Shown one piece after another: positions 13,685-22,503 of a stretch of 64,000 nucleotides of DNA. The notes below the pieces were generated by a model that was given only the letters and a program-made list of their open reading frames with translations, ran no database searches and was not told the origin of the DNA. Both the position numbers and the translations under genes were made by a program. Source of the DNA: Hamiltosporidium tvaerminnensis FI-OER-3-3 (Eukaryota > Fungi > Microsporidia); contig CM061248.1 in NCBI GenBank assembly GCA_022605425.2, forward strand, positions 620,001-684,000, read 5' to 3'. Each line of letters opens with the position of its first letter. The first letter of the stretch is position 1.

Positions 13685-13890
13685 TATTATTATTGATGTA
13701 TTATTATAATTTTGTAAATAACACCTTTTAATTATTGATGTATTATATAATTTTGTAAATAACACCTTTTAATTATTGATGTATTATAATTTTGTAAATA
13801 ACACCTTTTAATTATTGATGTATTATTATAATTTTGTAAATAACACCTTTTAATTATTGATGTATTATAATTTTGTAAATAACACCTATT
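13685..13890. repeat. Tandem repeat, ~40-bp unit x5, in the RPL34 3' region
   Basis: ATTATTGATGTATTATAATTTTGTAAATAACACCTTTTA repeated. Confidence 0.9.
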
Positions 13891-13934
13891 ACTTACAAGT
13901 GATTAAGAATTGTTGTATCTTTATTTGTTAGGAT

Positions 13935-14520
13935 TATAACTAACACCCTCTAATATACTATCGATATCTAACACCCTCTAACATACTACTACTTATAACT
14001 AACACCCCTCTAATATACTATCGATATCTAACACCCTCTAACATACTACTATTTATATTAACACCCCTCTAATATACTATCGATATCTAACACCCTCTAA
14101 CATACTACTACTTATAACTAACACCCCTCTAATATACTATCGATATCTAACACCCTCTAACATACTACTATTTATATTAACACCCCTCTAATATACTATC
14201 GATATCTAACACCCTCTAACATACTACTATTTATATTAACACCCCTCTAATATACTATCGATATCTAACACCCTCTAACATACTACTACTTATAACTAAC
14301 ACCCCTCTAATATACTATCGATATCTAACACCCTCTAACATACTACTACTTATAACTAACACCCCTCTAATATACTATCGATATCTAACACCCTCTAACA
14401 TACTACTACTTATAACTAACACCCCTCTAATATACTATCGATATCTAACACCCTCTAACATACTACTATTTATATTAACACCCCTTTAATATACTTTCTA
14501 TATCTAACACCCCTCTAATA
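13935..14520 (+). repeat. Tandem repeat, ~60-bp unit x~10 (TAACACCC family)
   Basis: CTAACACCCCTCTAATATACTATCGATATCTAACACCCTCTAACATACTACTA repeated. Confidence 0.95.
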
Positions 14521-14542
14521 TCATTCCTATCCTTATACCCAT

Positions 14543-14974
14543 ATGCTTGACCTACTTACCTACTTTATAAAAAGACATAAAAGTGAACCTACATACATAG
14601 ACCCTAAGAGTAAAATAACACCACAAGAATACGAAGAATTACTTAAAAAAACAACAACAATATACATCGGTGGACTATCAAGTACATGTAATGAAGAAAG
14701 AATATGGGAAATATTTGGTATTTGTGGTAAGATTAGAAGAGTAATTATGGGTGTTAATTCTAAGACATTAGAGGTGTGTGGGTTTTGTTTTGTAGAGTTT
14801 TATAGTAGAGAAGGGGTATTCAATAGTCTTATGTTTAATGGGTTTAGAATTGATGGTTGTTATATTAAGGTTGAGATTGATTATGGGTTTAGAGAAGGGA
14901 GACAGTATGGAAGGGGGGACTATGGTGGACAGGTACAGAAAGATAAGAAGAGAAGGAAGTTTTATACTAAGTAA
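14543..14974 (+). CDS. CBC2: Nuclear cap-binding protein subunit 2 (CBP20)
   Basis: RRM with TTIYIGGLS, EERIWEIF, RRVIMGVN, CGFCFVEFY, and the CBP20 signature DYGFREGRQYGRGDYGGQV. CCC at 14538-14540. Confidence 0.93.
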   Translation: MLDLLTYFIKRHKSEPTYIDPKSKITPQEYEELLKKTTTIYIGGLSSTCNEERIWEIFGICGKIRRVIMGVNSKTLEVCGFCFVEFYSREGVFNSLMFNGFRIDGCYIKVEIDYGFREGRQYGRGDYGGQVQKDKKRRKFYTK

Positions 14975-15295
14975 GGTAGACAGTATGGAAGGGGGGACTA
15001 TGGTGGACAGGTACAGAAAGATAAGAAGAGAAGGAAGTTTTGTACTAAGTAGGGTAGACAGTATGGAAGGGGGGACTATGGTGGACAGGTACAGAAAGAT
15101 AAGAAGAGAAGGAAGTTTTGTACTAAGTAGGGTAGACAGTATGGAAGGGGGGACTATGGTGGACAGGTACAGAAAGATAAGAAGAGAAGGAAGTTTTGTA
15201 CTAAGTAGGGTAGACAGTATGGAAGGGGGGACTATGGTGGACAGGTACAGAAAGATAAGAAGAGAAGGAAGTTTTGTACTAAGTAGGGTAGAGAG
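14901..15295 (+). repeat. 78-bp tandem amplification (x5) of the CBP20 3' end including its stop codon
   Basis: GACAGTATGGAAGGGGGG starts at 14901, 14979, 15057, 15135 and 15213. Confidence 0.95.
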
Positions 15296-15369
15296 TATGA
15301 TACTGGTATAGATGGGTAAGATTTGGTCTTAGTATGCTGTTTTTTAAGTTAAAGTATTATTTCTTGTAC

Positions 15370-15785
15370 ATATATTACTTAAATTAACACCCTTTTAAAT
15401 ACTACTAAATATTACTCTTATAAATAACACCCTTTTAAATACTACTAAATACAACTTATAATTAACACCTTGTGAAATACTGTTAAATATTACTTATAAT
15501 TAACCCCCTTTTAAATACTACTAAATATTACTTATAAATAACACCCTTTTAAATACTACTAAATACTACTCTTATAAATAACACCCTTTTAAATACTGTT
15601 AAATATTACTTATAATTAACACCCTTTTAAATACTACTAAATATTACTCTTATAATTAACACCTTGTTAAATACTACTAAATGTTATTTATAATTAACAC
15701 CCTTTAAAATACTACTAAATGTTACTTATAATTAACACCCTTTTAAATACTGTTAAATATTACTTATAAATAACACCCTTCCTAT
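15370..15785 (+). repeat. Tandem repeat, ~40-bp unit (TAACACCC family)
   Basis: TAACACCCTTTTAAATACTACTAAATATTACTTATAA repeated ~10 times. Confidence 0.9.
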
Positions 15786-15811
15786 TATTCTTATTATATT
15801 TTTATCCTTAA

Positions 15812-16042
15812 ATGTCTGTTGATAAGAATACTTTGTCTTTAGAAGTAAAAGAAATATTAAATTATAAACAATTAACGGTTCCTTTAACTGATATGTTATA
15901 TGTAGAGTGTATATTAGAAGATAACATACTTTATAATATAGGAGAAGATATATATATAGAGATAGATAAGACTGTATATGAAGAGTATGTTGAGTATGGT
16001 TTGGATGGGGTAGTAGAGGGTGTTAATGATAAGGATAATTAG
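15812..16042 (+). CDS. Small alpha-prefoldin (PFDN5/GIM5-like) beta-hairpin protein, coiled coils largely missing
   Basis: LTVPLTDMLYVECILEDNILYNIGEDIYIEID resembles the alpha-prefoldin core xVPLTxxLYVxGxL...VLVDIGxGYYVE. Confidence 0.55.
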   Translation: MSVDKNTLSLEVKEILNYKQLTVPLTDMLYVECILEDNILYNIGEDIYIEIDKTVYEEYVEYGLDGVVEGVNDKDN

Positions 16043-16224
16043 TAAGAGGATATTTATAGGGTGTAAGTCATAATAGTATGTTAAAATTTGTTAGTGATAA
16101 GTAGGGGGGTGTTAATGATAACGATATGTTATAGGGTGTTAATGATAGGGTATGTTATAGGGTGTTAGAGATAAGGGGTTAAAGACAAATATTAGTTGAT
16201 AAAAGGGTGATAATATAATTATAT

Positions 16225-17010
16225 AAAATAACACCATCTTAATAACAATGCTTCTAATAACACTCTACTTAACAATAATTCTAATAAAAAACACCCCTTA
16301 TCACTTGAATATGTAAATAACCCCCTTTAGATAAATATTTATACTAATATATACTATAACACCCATCTTAACAATAAACATAATAAATAATACCTTTATC
16401 ACTATCTAGGTAAATAACACCCCTTAAAATAAATATTTATACAAACATAATAAATAACACCCCTTTACCACCAATATATACTTATATAAACTAACACCTC
16501 TATCACTATCTAACTAAATAACACCCCTTTAAATAAATATTTATACAAATATAATAAATAACACCCCTTTAACACCAATATATACTTATATAAACTAACA
16601 CCTCTATCACTATCTTGGTAAATAACACCCCTTTAAATAAATATTTATACAAACATAATAAATAACACCCCTTTACCACCAATATATACTTATATAAACT
16701 AACACCTCTATCACTATCTTGGTAAATAACACCCCTTTAAATAAATATTTATACAAACATAATAAATAACACCCCTTTAACACCAATATATACTTATATA
16801 AACTAACACCTTTATAAGTATCTAGGTAAATAAAACCCCTTTAAATAAATATTTATACAAACATAATAAATAACACCCCTCTTAACAATAATCTTTTAAA
16901 TAACACCTCTATCACTATCTAGGTAAATAACACCCCTTTAAATAAATATTTATACAAATATAATAAATAACACCCCTTTAACCCAAATTATACTTATATA
17001 AACTAACACC
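16225..17010 (+). repeat. TAACACCCC-family higher-order tandem repeat abutting the HOP1 stop codon
   Basis: AAATAACACCCCTTTAAATAAATATTTATACAAACATAAT and AACTAACACCTCTATCACTATCT modules repeated with ~105-bp periodicity. Confidence 0.9.
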
Positions 17011-19012
17011 TATTATTACCACACTTTATATCCTGTAAAGGCATTGATGACTTAAAATTAAATTTCTTAATATTAAGACTGAAATACTGTTTAATTCTAT
17101 TCTTAGTATTTTCATTTTTAAGTAAATCATAAAAAATAGAATGTTTATTTCTTTTCTTAACTAAGAATCCTTCATCAATAAATCTTTTTATTAATGAACG
17201 TGCGTATTGTATAGAAATACCTACACGGTTGGAAAGTAAGGGAAGTGTATTTACATTTTCGTTATAAATTATACTCAGTGATCTTCTTATTATGGCTAGT
17301 CTTTTGTTATATAAAATATTTGAATTATTATTGTTATTGTTACTGCTATTCTTGTTATTGTTATTTTTATGGTCTTGTCTGCAGAAGTAACAGGTGTATT
17401 CATTCTTGGGGATTCTTTTGTCGGAGTTAGAAAAGTAACCACAACAAACCGTATGTAGCCAGTATTTACATGTGTCGCATTGTAACATGTCTAAGTCGTT
17501 TATGTTTATGTAACATATACATCTTATTTCATCTTCTTTGTTTGCTTTTGTAATATCTTTTAGAGTTTCTTTTATTTGGTGTGAAGGTGTTGTTTGGTGT
17601 GAAGGTGTGTCTTTTAGATTGTTTTCTTGTAAGTCGTTTTCCTGTGAAATAACAGGTTTATCTTTATGTGTAGTTAAAGGGGTGTTAAGTATATGGTCTG
17701 TTGTTTTGTTGTTATTTATAACAGGTTTATCTCTATGTGTAGTTAAAGGGGTGTTATCTAGACTATTTTTCTTACTTAAATTATTTTCTTTTCTATTCAA
17801 TTCTTTCAAAAATGAAGAAGTCTCTTCTAAATTTTTATTTAAATATTTTTCATTTTTAAAATTATTTACAGACTCAAATTCTTTAAACGACTTTTTACAA
17901 AAATTATTCTCAATTTGATTATTTTCATTTAAATTCTCTTTTATTTCTTTATTCTTTTCATATGAATTATTCTCTTTAATATTCATATTCTTTTCATATG
18001 AATTATCCTTTTCTATTTCTCCAATATTCTTATTCTTTTCATATAAAATATTCTCTTTAATATTCTTATTCTTTTCATATGAATTATCCTTTTCTATTTC
18101 TCCAATATTCTTATTCTTTTCATATAAAATATTCTCTTTAATATTCTTATTCTTTTCATATGAATTATTCTCTTTATAATCTTTATTCTTTTCATATGAA
18201 TTATTCTCTTTAATATTCTTATTCTTTTCATATGAATTATTCTCTTTAATATTCTTATTCTTTTCATATAAAAAATTCTCTTTATTATCTTTAATATTCT
18301 GTTTCTCAGATAAATGATTGTTCACATTTAAATCCTTTTCAATTGTTTTATTAATAAAATCTTTTTCTATTTTATTTTCATTTAATTTTTCTTTTAAAAA
18401 ATTATTATTTTCTAAATTTATACTTTTGATTTCTTGTGTATTATTTTCATCATAAAGTGTATGTATCTTAACATTAGTATTTATTTCTTTTCCATAATCA
18501 CCAACTTCAATTTTGAGTGGTTCAGTTTCAAATTCAAATCTATGATCGTTGGTTGGTTTGAATCCAGGTGGTTCATAATTAATAGGTGTTTGATCATAAT
18601 AAAACAATTTAATTGTAATATATTTAATAGAGGGAAGTGGTTTTAAGGTTTGAGTTAATTTACATAGGGTTTTGATAACTTCGGAGGAAGAAGAAGGTGT
18701 GGATTTTGAATAATTAAAATCAAATGTGTAGGTTTCGGTTACTTCTGTGTTGTTTTTGAGATAAATGGCTATTATTATGGATTTAAGGTATTTCTTTTGT
18801 ATGGCGTCTTTACACCCAGCCAGCCAGTTGAGGAAAGTACGGGTGGAAGTGTTTGTGGAATTTGATTTTAGTATTTTTAGTTTCATGTTGTCGTAGTAGA
18901 AGTCGTCGAAACAGTCGTCTGAAAATATGTCTCTTAGATATGCGATACTGCTGAATGTTATTTGGAGAAATTCTTGTGTTTGTAGAATTTGCTGCTCTTG
19001 TATTGTTTGCAT
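17003..19012 (-). CDS. HOP1: Meiotic axis protein Hop1 (HORMA domain, low-complexity insert, PHD finger, winged-helix-like C-terminus)
   Basis: HORMA motifs SIAYLRDIFSDDCF, DAIQKKYLK, ETYTFDF, IKLFYYDQTPINYEPPGF. PHD IRCIC...MLQCDTCKYWLHTVCCGY...CYFC. Confidence 0.92.
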   Translation of the reverse strand: MQTIQEQQILQTQEFLQITFSSIAYLRDIFSDDCFDDFYYDNMKLKILKSNSTNTSTRTFLNWLAGCKDAIQKKYLKSIIIAIYLKNNTEVTETYTFDFNYSKSTPSSSSEVIKTLCKLTQTLKPLPSIKYITIKLFYYDQTPINYEPPGFKPTNDHRFEFETEPLKIEVGDYGKEINTNVKIHTLYDENNTQEIKSINLENNNFLKEKLNENKIEKDFINKTIEKDLNVNNHLSEKQNIKDNKENFLYEKNKNIKENNSYEKNKNIKENNSYEKNKDYKENNSYEKNKNIKENILYEKNKNIGEIEKDNSYEKNKNIKENILYEKNKNIGEIEKDNSYEKNMNIKENNSYEKNKEIKENLNENNQIENNFCKKSFKEFESVNNFKNEKYLNKNLEETSSFLKELNRKENNLSKKNSLDNTPLTTHRDKPVINNNKTTDHILNTPLTTHKDKPVISQENDLQENNLKDTPSHQTTPSHQIKETLKDITKANKEDEIRCICYININDLDMLQCDTCKYWLHTVCCGYFSNSDKRIPKNEYTCYFCRQDHKNNNNKNSSNNNNNNSNILYNKRLAIIRRSLSIIYNENVNTLPLLSNRVGISIQYARSLIKRFIDEGFLVKKRNKHSIFYDLLKNENTKNRIKQYFSLNIKKFNFKSSMPLQDIKCGNNRC

Positions 19013-19594
19013 TTATGCATAAAATAGGTGAATTTATTTATAAAGACTTTGGTTTTATGCGTTTATGCAATAATATTATTTTTTTAAATTACGATTTATT
19101 TATTTTCTGCATTAAACTAAAAAAAACGCCGTGATAAGTTTATAATTTGGTTTTTTTGAGGAATAAGAAGAGAAATATATAAATACGATGATGCGCTTTG
19201 AATGGTCCTAAATTATATTAATATATAACGATTTTAATTTGATGAATTGCTGTAAAAAGCTTGATTATGTCTATATATATTGTAAAAATTAGGTTGTCTA
19301 TGTTTATTCTTATTATTTATGTAAACATACCAAAGTTTTAAAAACGAATAGGAATCCCGTATTTCGTTTAATCTTCGAATTTTTTAAACGCAATGGAGCG
19401 CATACAGAATAGAAACTGGAAGGAAAATTTTGAATAAAAAAATAATATATGAATCTATATTATAACCAATTCTCTGTGAGTCAGATTTACTCTCATAAGA
19501 TTTAGTTTAATAATTAATAATTTAAATCTCTATATGTTATTCCTTATTCAGCAAACTAAATCTTATTTGAAATAAACTTTGATTTATTTTTTTT

Positions 19595-20256
19595 AGGTGG
19601 AGGGAGGATAACCACATAAAAAACTTTCTGCGCTGGCAATGAGTGTGTGAAACTGGTGTGAGGTCATTGTTTGGATTTTTGGTCGGAATAAAACCACACT
19701 ACATCTTTGGTTGTTCCATGGGAAATGTTATGCGGGGGAGAGGTCTAAGAAATGGAGAAACTTTTTCTACAAATTTATTTGTAGTTTCTTATGTAACCAG
19801 ATTGCAGACCACAGCTGAACATGTAGGTAATTGCTATGTAAAAGCATGGAAACCTAGCCTTGCTCACTCGGGTTGGAATACTTAGCGCCTGGGAGATATA
19901 AAAATAAAAACCATTAAAAGCCGGGAGAGCTAAGTAGCAGGTTATAACTGTTGGTATGACATTGCACTGTCTAGGTGGACCCCATGTAAATCTCTGAAAT
20001 ATATCTTAGCTAGAAGTTCAATCGGTTCAGGAAGTGTAGAGTAAGTGGGAATGCTGCATAGTCTCGGGGGAGCCCAGAGGGCTTCGGCTTTCGATCACAC
20101 TCTATGCACGGATATTAACGAACACCGGGTAACTGCCTCGCCTATTATTAGGTTCTACACACCTGGTTGATGAAAGGCTTTGGGACGTAGGTATCGCAGA
20201 GAAGTACTATTTGTATTTTGGGGTAGCAGTTAATTATTTTAAACCTAGAACTGCGT
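19595..20256 (+). ncRNA. Candidate large structured non-coding RNA, copy A (unknown family)
   Basis: GC-richer island with no credible ORF, collinear with 40051-40705. C(UUCG)G hairpin at 20077-20092 and several G-U-containing stems that form on the + strand. Confidence 0.6.
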
Positions 20257-21361
20257 TAATTTCATGAAAACACTATAAAACTTGGTATTATTTTAAAAAG
20301 ATGTGATATTTTTTAAGTTATAAAAATTATTTAATCTTTTTTTAAAAACTTCGGATGTTATTGTGACAAAATGTCATAAAATGTATCGTAAAAATCTAAT
20401 ACAAGTAACAACAGAGACATGTTCGGTTTATGGTACACTTAAAATGCTTATTAAAGTATTTTTTTACGTTTTTAGAAGGAATCGAAGATAACGACCAATT
20501 TTGCTGAGAATCGAAAATAATATACATAGACCTCATATAAAAAAATATACACATAAAAAACTCATGCCTTGCTTACACAAACGCGCTAAATAGTATTTTA
20601 TTACTTAATTGTAATACTAAAAATGGAAACGTGAACAGTGACGTTCGAGTATACCAAAGCTTTTATCGTAGAGTTATATATATTAAAGTGCTCAAACTGG
20701 TAGAAACGGATTAGACTAAAAATAAAATATTTTATAGAATATAACACTTTCTGGGGTATTATAAAACTACAAATATTAAAAATATTTATGAATCAATTGA
20801 TTATAGAATAGGAACATATTGATTTATAAGTCTATTTATATTATGTGCAAGAATATTTAATCTAAAGTAGATTTTAAAATAAATTAAACAAACGTGGAAA
20901 GTAAAAGCAGTTTAAGAAGTTATTTCCATTGAATTTAATTGGAATTACATCAATCATAACAAACTAAAATCAGTGTTCCCAAGAAAAAATATATATTACA
21001 AGTGAAAAATATAATTATAAATATAAAATCCCAGTGAAAATAAGATTTCAATATTCGTATTTATTAATGATGCAAGAGTTTATTTAGTAAAAAAAGCGCT
21101 AAAGTACAAAAAAAGTATAAAAAGACATTTGCTTTTAATTAAAATTTAAATACGACAATATAATTTATAAATAATATTTTTATTTTACTCTTAGTGTTGC
21201 CTATAAAAAATAATAGAGGAATTCGGTAATTATTTCTATTGAATATGTAAAAAGTAAAATTGAAATACTTTGAAATATATTCATATAATAAATTGTTGCT
21301 TTGAAATTATAAAAGAGGTAGAATATTCTTAGAATAAATATATTTATTTAAATAAAGCTTT

Positions 21362-21895
21362 TCAAAGTATAATTTGTATTTGAAAATATTTATATATAAA
21401 TAGAGAAGTTATTAAATATATTAGTAATACTACTAACGCTATTATATAATGTGGCATATAATAGGCGTATTTCCATGTTTTTTCTTTTAAAAATAAAATA
21501 CTAATTATAACGGAAACAAAGCCGTTAATGGTTGAATAAAGTTTAAAAGCTATAAAATCTTTCACGAATGTGTTCAATATTAATATTAGTAAGCTGGTCA
21601 CTTGTAAGAAAGAAGTAAATGTTAGAATATGTAGTAAAATTGATAGTTTATCTGACAAATTATTGGTAGATAACAAATCCGAAGAATTTTGATTATCAAT
21701 ACAGAGTGAAATTTTTTGAAAAGTGTCAACTTCTTCTGTTATATTCGATGATATAATCGTCATTTCTGTGGTATTTGTTTGATTAACGAATGCTTCGTTT
21801 CCATTTCTGTTTGAATTTTCTCTGTAAAAAATGAAAGGATCTGTGTATATATCTCTTGTGGAATCAAAAAATTCATCAGAAACAATTTCATTCAT
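21362..21895 (-). CDS. Hypothetical membrane protein (about 3 C-terminal TM helices)
   Basis: ORF with three hydrophobic stretches. ATG at 21895 (MNEIV) is preceded by CCC and is the more likely start than 21949. Confidence 0.7.
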   Translation of the reverse strand: MNEIVSDEFFDSTRDIYTDPFIFYRENSNRNGNEAFVNQTNTTEMTIISSNITEEVDTFQKISLCIDNQNSSDLLSTNNLSDKLSILLHILTFTSFLQVTSLLILILNTFVKDFIAFKLYSTINGFVSVIISILFLKEKTWKYAYYMPHYIIALVVLLIYLITSLFIYKYFQIQIIL

Positions 21896-22477
21896 TTCCT
21901 GGGCAAGAAAAATAATTTGATACACAATAATGTCTTTTATAGAATACAATAAATTTATTGACTATATTTCCTTTAATAGAAATTTTTTTGTTTAATATAT
22001 AAAAAAATATTTAAACGTTCCTCGCTTTTTGGAATTTATCGGTTTGAATCACTTTTAAAAATAAAAAAAATCATTTAGTTAGGACTTTGGTCTTATCATA
22101 TTTTTTTTCCGATAAAGTTACTACAAAACATATGAAAGCATATAAAGCTCAATTCAAAAATATATTCAGATTATTTTGCAAGTATAATAAAAGTTTTATT
22201 TTGTTAAATGCTGGTTAGAAAACACTTTCCTCTTTTTTTATATTAATTTCTATCTTGTCCACTTTTGTTCAATCTTTAATATCAAATTCTGCATTTAGAT
22301 TTATCCCTGTTTCTGCAATTGGTATTCCAATCATAAACACGCCATATTTTTTTTACTTGTTGAACACTGTCTTCCTGGTTATTTGATTTTCTGAATTGTA
22401 ATATTGATTGGTGGTGTGGTTTGGTCCTCGTTTTGAAATCACCGGGTACTCTTTGAACCCTCTAGGGCATTTGGTTT

Positions 22478-22503
22478 TGACTCAAGTCCTCTTCGTCAAT
22501 CCA
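22478..22503 (-). mobile_element. Short relic of the RLE retrotransposon family
   Basis: GACTCAAGTCCTCTTCGTCAATC is nearly identical to GACTCAAGTCCTCTTCGTCGATC at ~31758-31780. Confidence 0.4.

Noticed and set aside
14838-15311. 157-aa repeat ORF
   Set aside because: Alternative-frame by-product of the 78-bp tandem duplication of the CBP20 3' end.
12078-17010. CRISPR-like appearance of the regular repeats
   Set aside because: Units are contiguous minisatellites with no unique spacers, there are no cas genes, and the context is eukaryotic.
19643-19885. 80-aa ORF inside ncRNA candidate A
   Set aside because: Non-ATG start, frame not conserved in copy B, and substitutions are not synonymous-biased.
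20030-20190. Faint LSU rRNA-like words (GGGAATGC, GATGAAAGG)
   Set aside because: Universal rRNA motifs and spacing are absent, and the two copies are far too diverged for rDNA.
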